In this document: positions 1-11,000 of the stretch, piece after piece | How positions within the stretch are numbered: the stretch's first letter is position 1 | How the letters are laid out: each line of letters starts with the position of its first letter | From: Narcine bancroftii | Taxonomy: Eukaryota | Assembly: GCF_036971445.1 (NCBI RefSeq) | Contig: NC_091477.1 | Span: 77,252,001 to 77,316,000, forward strand | Length of the DNA stretch: 64,000 bases | Direction of reading: 5' to 3' | Made by a program: the position numbers and the translations under genes | The notes under the pieces: model-generated | Database searches by the model: none | The model's input: only the letters and a program-made list of their open reading frames with translations | Told to the model about the DNA's origin: nothing

Positions 1-294
1 TGCGGCTCCAAATCTTCAAATTGGGCCTCTTTGTCTCAAAACCACAAGTCAAACCATGCTACTTGGCAAAATGATTGTTAACACCACAAATCCACAGAGC
101 AGTTCTTCCATTTTTGATGTTTAGGGTTGTAGTAGGTGGAAATAATGGAACAATCTTTAAAGTATCCATCTTACACAGGAAAAATTATCTTGGAGAGAAT
201 GACCTGGGTATTAATCAGCAACAGGAGGGTCTCAGGCTGAGCAGTCAATCACATGCATTGAACCTGAAAATAAACCATTGTTAGTAAGTCGTTA

Positions 295-570
295 GGGCGG
301 CACAGTTGGCATGGAGGGCATCACGGTTAGCGTAGTGGTTAGCGCAACGCACCAGGGATCCGACCTGGACCTGGGTTCGATTCACGCACCATATGTCAGG
401 AGTTTTTGCGTTCTCCCCGTGTCTACATGGGTTTTCTCCAGGGGCTCTGGTTTTCCCCCCACCCTTCAAAAATGTACCAGGATGTAGGTTAATGGGGTGT
501 AAATTGGACAGCATAGACTCGTAGGGACTAATTGGTCTGTTACCGTGCTGTATGTCTAAATTTAAAAAAA
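295..570 (+). mobile_element. tRNA-derived V-SINE (HE1/DANA/MER6-core type)
   Basis: tRNA-like head (GGTTAGCGTAGTGGTTAGCGC...GGGTTCGATTC), V-core GTTCTCCCCGTGTCTACATGGGTTTTCTCC, CR1-like tail GTTACCGTGCTGTATGTCTAAA. Confidence 0.85.
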
Positions 571-695
571 AATGTTTACAGCAAGAGAAAAAGGACTGGA
601 ATAATACAACGAGGAGTGAAATGGAAATAAATGTGCTGAATATGCTTAACATATCAACCAACAACAATGGAAAATGAAGCAATAGACAGGTCTGA

Positions 696-699
<4 letters not shown>

Positions 700-728
<29 letters not shown>
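700..728. repeat. (GA)n microsatellite
   Basis: Directly visible. Confidence 0.95.
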
Positions 729-730
<2 letters not shown>

Positions 731-1624
731 GAGAGAAGCATTTGAGGGAGAGGAAGAGAGAATGAGGGAGGGGAAGGGGTGGGAGAGAGGGGGTGGAGAG
801 AGATTATAATCCCATCCTTGCAAAAATGGAGACACATAAAGGTTCAAGAATGCAGAACCTGTAGTGTATTGATGAAATTAATGGGTCAAAAGTGGATAGA
901 TTCACAATAAAAATAGGTTCATTGTTCTGCTTTGCCCCAGAGCCCAATGAGTACATTCAAATAATCATTTACTATCCTTCATTCTGTGCCCCTGTATCAT
1001 CCAAGGCCAAGATTTATCCTGATGATGAACGTACTTCCAAACAACTAAAAATCTCATTTAGTGTCCCTTCCTTGCCCAGGAGTTCGATGGTCATGTCTAG
1101 CCCCTGAACCCTTGCTGCATTTATCTCAACGGATGTGCAATGTGAACTTACTCCAGATAATTCTTAGGGAAGATTAGAGAATTTATAGAGATGAGGGGAG
1201 GGAGAAATAATTTTCATCATTTGGCTATAATCTTTCTTTTGTGTTCATCACTTTGAAGGTAATTTACTGTTTAAATAACCATTATCATGGTGAATTCTGT
1301 GATACTGGATTTCATCTCCTTCTTTGTCAATCTATGTTCATTGTTGCAGGGTTGAAATGCTGCCCCACGTTCATTTTTCATGCCCTCTGCTGATGAGTTT
1401 TTAGTCAATATCTAACTACCTTGGAAATGCAATGGTATAAATTATAGCATACATAATACATCCTGCAAAAAAATGAATTCTATTCTTATCTGACTGTTTG
1501 GAGGGTAAACGGTATACTGTGTTTGATTTAAGGAACTCAAATCCATGCATGCACAAAAATATGCAATTTTAAAGAATCTTACCTCATTCCTCCTTTTCCA
1601 AGATTTGTTAATTACATTGCTTTA

Positions 1625-2476
1625 CAAACTATTGGAGCAGATTCTGAAGGATAGGATCTATGAGCATTTGGAGAAGTACAGTCTACTCATGGATAGTCAG
1701 CATGGCTTTGTGAAGTGAGGGTCGTGCCTCATGAGTCTCATTGTTTTTTTGAGGAGGTAACAAAGGAAATTGATGAGGGTAGGGCAGTAGGTGTGGTCTA
1801 CATGGATTTTATTAAGGAGAAGCCCCCCGTGGAACCTTGGCTGTGAAGATTTTTAAAAAATGACCTGCAGGTAGAAAGCAGAGAGTAGTAGTGGAAGGAA
1901 AGTGTTCGGCCTGGAGGTCAGTGACTAGTGGAGTGCTGCAAGGATCTGATCTGGGATCCTTTCTCTTTGTGATCTTTATAAATGACCTGGATGAAGTGGA
2001 AGGATGGGTCAGTAAGTTTGCGGATGACACGAATGTTGGAGGAGTTGTGGATGGAGCTGAAAGTTGTTGTAGGTTATGAAAGGATATAGACAGGATGCAG
2101 ATTTGGATGGAAAAGTGGCAGATGGAGTTCAATCTGGATAATTGTGAAGTGATGCATTTTGGAAGGACAAAGCAGAAGGCTGAGTACAGGGTTAACAGTT
2201 GGTTACTTAGGAGTAGATGAAACGGGGGTCCTTGGGGTCCAAATCCATACATCCCTCACATCCCTCAAGTCATCACACAGGTTGATAGGATAGTTCAGAA
2301 GGCCAATGAGATGTTGGGCTTCATTAATAGGGGGATTGAGTTCAGGAATCAAGAGGTCATGTTGCAACTCTACAAATCTCTGGTGAGACCACACTTAGAG
2401 TATTGTGTTCAGTTCTGGTCACCTCATTCTTGGAAGGATGTGGAAGCTGTGGAGAGGATGCAGAGGAGATTTACCA
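1625..2476 (+). mobile_element. CR1-clade LINE, decayed ORF2 RT region (left part of a split element)
   Basis: ORF fragments [50 protein letters not shown]; breaks off at AGGAGATTTACCA. Confidence 0.92.
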
Positions 2477-3507
2477 TGGTGTGTAAACCTACGCTTGACC
2501 CGCTCACACACTACAAACAGGGACTCTTACACACAACAGGATGGCAGCTCTCTGTGAGTACTGACCTATTACAGTACTAATGGCTCTGCTTCAGTGTAGT
2601 GCACCCCTTTCCTGTGACACTTCCAACGATGTCCAGAGTAACGACCTGGCATGGAACAATGTCTGTGGCTTGGACCACGAGGCAGAGAGAAAGAATGGGC
2701 TGTGCTTGGTGTTATATACAGTGCTAATTAGTCCTTTTAGACAATATTGACCCTAGATTATTTAAATTAGTCAACGGTAAGGTGTGCACTATTGGGTGGC
2801 CAGAATCCAACCTTGATTAACAGGTGTAAGGTAAAACATCATGAGATGGGAATGTGTAAGGAGTTACCCTGTACAGGGCTGTAACAAGATGTGAATGCAT
2901 CCTTGTACTTACAAGATAAGAGAGACATTGATGGATTGAGAGGCAGGAAGTTAGCAGGGAAAGGATAGCAACAGTTTTAGTCATTGGACAAGTAATGATA
3001 TGATGATGTTCTAAGCATGTATCCAATGGTATAAAAAATCACCATTTTGCTGATAACGGCAGAATGCATTCTCCGACTAACATGGTTAGTTGCAAGTGTT
3101 ACAATCCGGTAATAAAGAACAAAGAACCCTGATTTCGACTCAGTCTGGTGTTTATCTCACTCATTCATGAACAAAGCAGACCTAACACAGGTGATGTGAC
3201 TTCCGAATAAGTTTCAGATGGGGAGGATACGTGACCACCTGCAATATGTGTAATGATAGAGATCATGGTTGCAATACAACTAGCAATGACTTGACTGCCA
3301 GCAGGGGGCTGACAGACGGTATGCAGATCTGTATTGGAGACTTGCAGTCTCATGGCCTGCTTCATGGTGCTGTTTACAACAACTTTAAAGTAAAGAACCT
3401 TTTTCTTCATCCATGTGTTGTCTAAGAACTCACATATACGAATATAAGATGAAACAATATACACATTCCACACAGGCAGGGAGGCCATGTTTTCTCCACA
3501 CATAACA
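2477..3507 (-). mobile_element. LTR-like element inserted into CR1, truncated at its 3' end
   Basis: Interrupts CR1; minus strand starts TGTTATG at 3507; TATA-like TGTATATAAC on minus strand near 2711-2720. Confidence 0.55.
2825..3187 (+). mobile_element. Solo LTR with 4-bp TSD CAGG
   Basis: TGTAAGG...CCTAACA termini; CAGG at 2821-2824 and 3188-3191; internal CCAAT, TATAAAA (~3030) and AATAAA (3111). Confidence 0.85.
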
Positions 3508-3797
3508 GGCAGGAATTGCAAACACCAGTCGACATAAGTACAAAGTGAAGGGAGGGAAGTTTAGGGGAGACATCAAGGGGTAAGTTTTTTTACACAGAGT
3601 TGTGGATGCCTGGAATGCCTTGCTTGGGATAGTGGTGGATGCTGAAAATTTAGGGGCATATAAGAAACTCTTAGACAGGCACATAGATGGAAGAAAAATA
3701 GAGGGTTACAGGGTAGGGAGGACTTAATTTTTTTTAAGGAAATATGGGTCGGCACAACATTGAGGGCTGAAGGGCCTGTACTGTGCTATGTTCTATT
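3508..3797 (+). mobile_element. CR1 LINE 3' end (continuation of 1625-2476)
   Basis: TTTTTACACAGAGTTGTGGATGCCTGGAATGCC and tail GGGCTGAAGGGCCTGTACTGTGCTATGTTCTAT. Confidence 0.85.
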
Positions 3798-3889
3798 GTC
3801 AGAATGATCTAAAAGCCAAACCAGCACATGAGAGAAGGAAAATGAGATGAGACTAAATTACTTCGAAGACTCAGTGATATAGAAATTCA

Positions 3890-4245
3890 CTTTAAAATAT
3901 TTATTGTCAGAACACTTGCATGACATCACATACAACTCTGAGATTTTTTTTCCTGCGGGTGCGGCAGAATTAGCAGTAGTGCAAAAAAATAAACTGCACC
4001 ATGTAAACAAATAAAGGAACTGTAAAAAGATAATGAATGTAAACAAACGGACTGCAATACAGAGAGAACAAATTCAAGTAAGAGTCATTAATTGAGTCTC
4101 TGATTGAGCTTGTCATTGAGGAGTCTGATGGTGGAGGGGGAGCAGCTGTTCCTGAACCTGATGGTGCAAGTCTTGTAGCACCTACACCTTTTTCCTGATG
4201 GGAGCAGCAAGAACAGAGCTTGTGCTGGGTGGTGGGGGTCATTGT
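3890..4245 (-). mobile_element. Rex1/Babar-type LINE 3' fragment
   Basis: Reverse complement of the same 3' end seen at ~4510-4860 and ~26190-26930. Confidence 0.75.
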
Positions 4246-4860
4246 GAAGAAAGCCAGTCAACACCTCTACTTTCTCTGGATTTTGCAGAGGTTTAGTATG
4301 ACATTGAAAACCTTTAGCAAACTTCTACAGATGTGTAGTGAAAAGTGCGCTGACAGGCTGCATCATGGCCTAGCATGGGGTCACCAATACCTCTGAGCAG
4401 AAAGCCCTTGAAAAGGTAGCAGACACAGTCCAGTATATTAAAGACAAAACTCTCCCCACCATCAAAAATAATCTACACGGAAGGCTGCCTTTGGAGAGCA
4501 GTGGCAATCATCAAGAATCTACACCACCCAGGACACACTCTGTTCTCACTGCCATGAAAAAGGCATAGGTGCCACAAAACCTGTACTATCAGTTGCTACC
4601 CCTCCACCATCATGCTCCTAAAGAACAAGCTCAATCAGAGGAACATTTAAGGGCTCTTACTTTGCATGTTATTCATTACTGAATTTTTTTTCTGTGTTCA
4701 TTTACATTTCTCTCATTTGTATACATTTTTTTTGTTGTTGACTGTAGTTTATAGTTACCAATAAGTAGAAATTCTCTCTGGCCTATAGTGAAAGTATTTC
4801 AGTGTTGTATGTATTATGTATTTATTGTATCTGACAATAAATTTGAATTTAAATTTTGAA
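4246..4860 (+). mobile_element. Rex1/Babar-type LINE 3' fragment
   Basis: Frameshifted KKASQHLYFL...NFYRCVVKSALTGCIMA C-terminal motif; ends GACAATAAATTTGAA. Confidence 0.8.
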
Positions 4861-7800
4861 ATACTCTGAAGCTACATTGTGGATATTGATAGAGTCAATC
4901 AGATACCCCAGAAATAATACACATACCATAAAAATAATCCAATATCTAATCAGTTATCTTCTCCATCCTTAGGTCAAAACTAATTCTTTCAGTGGCACCT
5001 TCTGAGATCCCAAAACAAAGATGCAGGTAAGTTGTATCTCTGTCAAGAGCATGTGTGGCTTTATCAAGGACTATTTTTTTCTGTTACTGTGAAGCATATC
5101 CATGGCACAATGTGACAGCAGTAGTATCAAAGGTGCATCGGTGACAAATTACTCCCTTCTTATATGTCCAGCATCCTTTCCTTGTTTAAAATGCAAATTT
5201 AAAATGTGTACGACGTTCTTGATGAGATTTAGTGACCAATTTAACTCCACAATTCAATTCCTAAATGCAAATACAATATATGGGATGCAATTAAATATCT
5301 AAACCAGTATATCCTCTGCTAGGTTGACAATTCTGATCAAGCTAGAGTAAATCTAAATGGTGCCATTCCTACACTCTCCAGGGAATCTAAGAAACAGTGA
5401 AATAACAATTAGATGCTTACACCTGTCAAAAATTCCATTATTGCAACACCTGCCTTGCATTTAACTGATGTAGAGATAAAGTGCAATACAAGAGGAACTC
5501 AGTAGGTCACACAGCACTCAATTTCTCCAGCACTTTTGTGTATTGCACTAGATCCCAGCATCTGCAGATTTTCTTGTTTACCTCTCGAGATAAAGTGCAC
5601 TTGAGTGACAGACGATGGCAGATTTTGGGAGAAATAACGAGCAATAATGCTTCTGACTGCCCCCAACTGCACACAATCTTTTTCTGCAAGTAGTGGCAGA
5701 CAAAAGCTAGGAACTGGGTACACAAAGTTGGAAGTTGTTCTCAATCAGTTGTACTAAACACATATTTATCAGTTAATCTATGTGGTATTTCCCTCCCCTA
5801 ATTTTGTTCATGAACTTCAATGTAAGCACATTTGAAGCAGAACAAAAGAGGTTTAATCCAAGTGACAGAAGTTAAATTTGCACCCCAGATACATTTGATG
5901 AGAGGGGGTCAGCAATGCATTTTCCCTGTTGCTTCAGAGGAGAAACAATGCAATTATAAAACATTTTCTTAAATACCTTTTGGAGGAATTTATATGTATG
6001 TCATAGAGTCATGTCTATGTGACCCAATAATTATTTTGATACTTCTTGTTCCATGTACTGAATATACAATAAAAGTGGTAGACAGCACATCTAGAAAATA
6101 GAGCTTGAAAAATATTGAAGCCCTACACTTGAGTGACTTTAATGCTCTTGCCCAATGAGTGTCGGCTTCAAGTTGTACAATTCCTGCAAAGAGGATTGCC
6201 CAGCAAATTATAGTATAATACCCCTTGACAGGCTATGGGTTTGGAGTGGACATGTGACGGAGAGGCTTGGATGGATTTAAATTTCTCAGGTCTAGTTGTA
6301 ATTGGCAGCAACTTCTTGATTTTGATTGTCTTGTTGCAGTGGCCATCGGGGTGCAAGGTTGCCATGATGGGAGCAGAAACTCCCATTTTGGCTATCATGA
6401 ACCATGGCCCATTATTATAATATGGTCCACGAGTGAAGCCAAGAAGGGGTTTCTTCATGGCTTCACAAAATGTCTCATTTAGCCTCCTCTGGGTAGGAGG
6501 TACCCTGAATTTATCATTCACAGGTGTTGTCTCCTCTCCCAAGCTATTAACTCAAACCCATCAGCATTCTATTATGCTCAGTGTGTCAAGTGGAAACCAA
6601 ACCTCATCTCCACAACCAATTTCCCCTCTTTGGAATACTAAATTAGGGTTTGTGAATGCAAGAAAAAAAAAGAATACATGAGTTGAAAATGAAGATTAAT
6701 ATGACGGCCCTCTATTTCAAGACAGTGAGTCATGGACCATGTACTCTTTGCAAGTACCCCTCATATCTCAAGTACAAATGTACAAAATATAAAATTCTTT
6801 TTCAGCTGCTGCTAAAGGTTGAAAAGCAAAACTTTTACATCATTCGCAGATCGATCCTCCCTCATTAGACAATGTAATTTATAGTTATATTGGCCTCACA
6901 GAACTAAGTAATTACTTGGCACTCTTGAGAGATTTGTGTAGTTTCATGGTTCTGAGTCTATAGCATTGTGGCTGATGAAATATTCATAAGATCAATTTTA
7001 TCTGCCAATGAGGCAGTGTACTGGATGCTGTGCATCAGTTACATATTCCGTAGAGAGCTGACCCCACATACATGCTTAATTATCATTCTTGTAATTGTGT
7101 AATCAAAATTATCATCTGAATTTCAAATTAGATCTCATTTTTTTTAAAGTTGCAGAATTATTTTACTTGGTTTGTATCTAAAACGGGGAGAGTCAAAAAC
7201 TTTTTTTTCCTGGCTACGCATATTCTGTATGCAATAGTTAAAATGAAAATGTATGATTGTAGTCTGCTTTTAAAAATAAGAGCAGGAAATACATTAAAAA
7301 AAATGTTTGAAATTTGTAAAACTTCATTATTTGAAGCAGGGAAAGAGGGAGAAGCCTTTTTTTTGTATTTTTTGTTCATGGGTTATGAATAACACTGGTG
7401 TACGGCATTTATTGTCTGTTCCTAATTACCCTTGAACTTTATGTAAAAGCTGGCCACATTGGTCATCAGGAATCACACTTAACACAGACTGGGTGAGTAC
7501 AGTGTATGACAGATAAAAATTGATCTTTTTTATCATCAGGAATAGTATTTCAGTGAAAAGAACAACAGAAGACTTGCACTTTTGAGCTGAGCAAAAAGAA
7601 TCAATGTGGAATCGTGATCACAACTGACCAATCCCCTTGAACTTTTGAGAAAGTAATTTCCATAGGATGTGGTCGTTGATCCAGAAGACATTCTATATGG
7701 TATCAGTAATATTGAAAGAAAATGGAATTGGGGATAACTTTGTTAACATGTTAACTTATAACAGTTGCAATCTAGAAGAGGGCATTGTTTTCTTCTGCCA

Positions 7801-7921
7801 GGTATTTTCACCATTAATGACTTGAACGTAGGAATAGTTTGAAGCTGATACCATTAGAAGATGCAGGACTTTCTTTTCATTCATTTATCTGACATAGACC
7901 TTGCTGGTAAAACCAGTCATA

Positions 7922-8013
7922 TTACCTGGCTCCAACAGCCCCTGAGAAGGTTTTACTCGGCTCCAACAGCCCCTGAGAAGGTTTTACCTGGCTCCAACAG
8001 CCCCTGAGAAGGT
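7922..8013. repeat. Tandem repeat, 31 bp x 3, within an old LINE fragment
   Basis: TTACCTGGCTCCAACAGCCCCTGAGAAGGTT; GGCTCC recurs at 7928, 7959 and 7990. Confidence 0.95.
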
Positions 8014-11000
8014 AACAATGTACCAATTTCTTTAACCATTCAAGTCTCTGAGGTGAATAATGCCACAGTCTTGTTCAGGATGAAGTTTCAGAATCTGGTC
8101 CCATCAACAATAAAGGAATTATATCCAAGACAAAATATTGGATGGCATGGAGGGAACCTGCAGTTAGAAGGAATTATGTGCAGCTGCTACCCTTGTGCTT
8201 CATGGTGGTAGAGGTCAGCAGCTTAAAAGATCCTGTTCAAGAAGCCTGGCTGAACTGTGTTGTGTGTTTATGGATGGCACTCACTCAGAAAGTGATTTAT
8301 GTAGGTCAGCGCAACATCATGGACTGAAGCGCCTGTACTGTGCTGTAATGTTCTATGTTCAAAGTACAGTAATGGTTGAGTGAAGGCTAATGTTAGATGC
8401 TTTGCAGTTGGTGAACTTCTGTTGGTTACAGGGGTCAGGCTCAGCTAATAGTGGTCCAGCAGTATGTTAACATGAAGTTTTAATATGAGAAATTTATTTT
8501 AGTTTATACTTAAAGAAATAGGTCACATAGTGACTCTGAGAAGCCCATTGAATCTACTGGTGTAGTGGGAGCACATTGATGGTGGTTGCATTTGATGCCT
8601 AATGATGCCGCATAAAGGATGTTATTAGAGAGAGTAAAAACTCAATGCTGGTCTGGCGCACTGATCTCTACCTCACTGCGGCCAGGTGACAGCTCTCAGA
8701 TACCTCCTCTCACTTACCCCTTTGGTTGTGATTCTGTTGGGATTGAAGTCCATCACTCTTATGAGGCGTATTTGCTTATTGAAAGCAGATATGAAGTTTA
8801 GAAAAAGCTCAAGTTTCACATCCTTCATGGAAATTTCCAAAACTAATTAATTGTTTCATAATTGCTTGAAGTTCAACATGGTTCATCAATTTCTTATTTG
8901 ATACTAAAGGGATTTTTTTTCAACAAGTGGGCATGCATAAGCACATTTTATTACAGTCACTAAACATTTCCTGTGGTCCCCTTGTTAAGTACTTGGCACT
9001 TTTATTTGGGGGGATGAGCAAAATGGGTAAGTGATAAAGTTGCTGTGCCTTAAAAGGGCTCCTGCAAAATCTAAGTATAGATTGTGCAGCCTGTTGAAAT
9101 TGCCTGTGGTCAGCACACCAAAGATGGCAGAAGGGATTTCAAGGTGAAGGGAAGGAGGAGGATAAAGGCTTTTACAAGCAGAGCCCGAGGTAATCCTGTG
9201 TGAGGTTTTATGAAGGATCCATCCTTGTCGGAAGATGTATGGATAGGACTCGTATAGAAGGACATGGGCCAAATGCAGAGAAATGGATGACTGCCAACTT
9301 GGACGAGTTGGATGAAGGTTCTATCTGAATCTATAACCTAACTTGGAGAAGAAGGAAATGCCAGCCAATTAAATCATGTTATGAGAAGATCTCCATCTTG
9401 GGTGCACAAACTACTTCAGGTAAATAAACATGGGATGACGATAAGGCACTGTTTGTGATGTGTTTCCAATCCTGCTATATGGCTACATATACTTTGACCT
9501 CAGTCAGCCACTCACAGTGAGGGATTTCTGCTCATTCGAGGACCTTTGTGATACAGCAACTCATCTCGACACATATCATTCTTTCCACATTACAGCTAGC
9601 TTTTAAAAATGACGAGTGAAAAGAAAATGCAGCCACATCCCTGCTCACACATATTTTCCTTTCACTCTTGTTCTGGAAGGAGTAGCCCAGGAGGAATAAC
9701 AGGAGTACATGTAAAACCATCTCTTTGTGATTATTTGGACAAGACGCTCGGAGCAGAAGATTTGAGCAACTGATGATGAGGAGCCCAAGGGTGAAACACT
9801 GAGCTAGTCTGGAAGTGAGCATGGGGATCATGATATTACTCCCTTTGACTTGAATAATGAAGAACCCAAGAAAGGTGTCTATACAACATACAATGCAATC
9901 TCCCCCTTTGAAACAATGTTCAAAATTAAAATGAACCTGCATCTCATAAAAAAAATAAGTTATCAAACATTACCCAATCTGCAATGATTTGCTGAGTTTA
10001 AAGAAAAACAGAAGATTTGTTCAGCAGGTCAGTAGCTTTTAGTTCCATCTCTTTGTGTAGGTTAATAGTGTTTTAAAATTTAAAGGATATCAATATCAAA
10101 AACATTTGACAGTTAACCTCTCAAGGCTGGCCTTTGACTGCTTAATTGACAGTTTTGACAAATGAAAATTGTTCTTTAATTGTGTTACAGCCAGATAAAT
10201 GTATTTGTCAAACTGAAAGCTCAGTAATGCTGACCCTGTCAACACTTGAAACCCTCAGCAAACCCCTGACCCCACCGACCCCCACTGTCACCCTTTCAGT
10301 TTCACTTCTTGCCATCCAACATCAGAACTTATTGATCTCGTGAAACGTTGCTAGAGTATTATGTCCATTGATCAAAAATGTTCATCCTGCAGCTAGAGTT
10401 CCCGTGAGGAAACTCTCTGAAAAAGAAAAGAAAGGCAGTCTGACAGTGACCGAGGGGAAGAGTGGGCAGAAGAGACAAGCAATCCATCAGCTGATAGAAA
10501 GTCATTAATTTTTGAGCAGTTGTCCTACCCTCCAGTTTGGATAAGAAATGCTATGTTAATTCTTTTTATTTAGGTTTGCTGCTAGTTAACTTCATAAACT
10601 GGTTTTATACCCTTCTGATGCTTCCAGGTTCAGGAGAAGGATCAGAAGCAGCCCATTGCAAAATACAACAGCTCATGTTAAAATGAGTAGCATGCCTCTA
10701 TCAACCTATTCTTTTCATTATCGTGCTTTAAACTGTTGTGGTATTGTTTCTAATTATGTAGGGTCATGTTTGAATATAAAGTGGGTAGGTTTGCTTATAG
10801 GTGGGAGTTCGGGTTGGTCCTTTTAGCTAGATTAGTTCTGACATGCTGCTAATTTTCTGCTGTTGTTTCTGGCACTGGAGGCCATCCATTCACTCCCTTG
10901 CCATTCATTTTCACCTACTGGTATTTTCCTGAATGAACTATTAAAATGTGTTGGGGTGAGAGAGCCATGGGAATAAGGAACCAAAAATATCAAGAGATTT

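Noticed and set aside
295-385. tRNA gene
   Set aside because: A/B-box-like head continues into the SINE core, with no complete cloverleaf
281-847. 188-aa minus-strand ORF
   Set aside because: Runs through a purine tract, the (GA)n repeat and an antisense V-SINE; low-complexity artefact
1151-1161. Minus-strand 11-nt microexon (CCCTAAG|AATTATCTGGA|GTAAGT)
   Set aside because: Not frame-preserving, with a weak AAG acceptor; such matches arise by chance
7922-8013. 31-bp repeats as a CRISPR-like array
   Set aside because: Head-to-tail with no spacers, in eukaryotic DNA; simple tandem duplication
9532-9966. 144-aa minus-strand ORF
   Set aside because: No recognisable domain or convincing exon boundaries; the opposite strand has an acidic, stop-interrupted frame suggesting an old relic that could not be assigned
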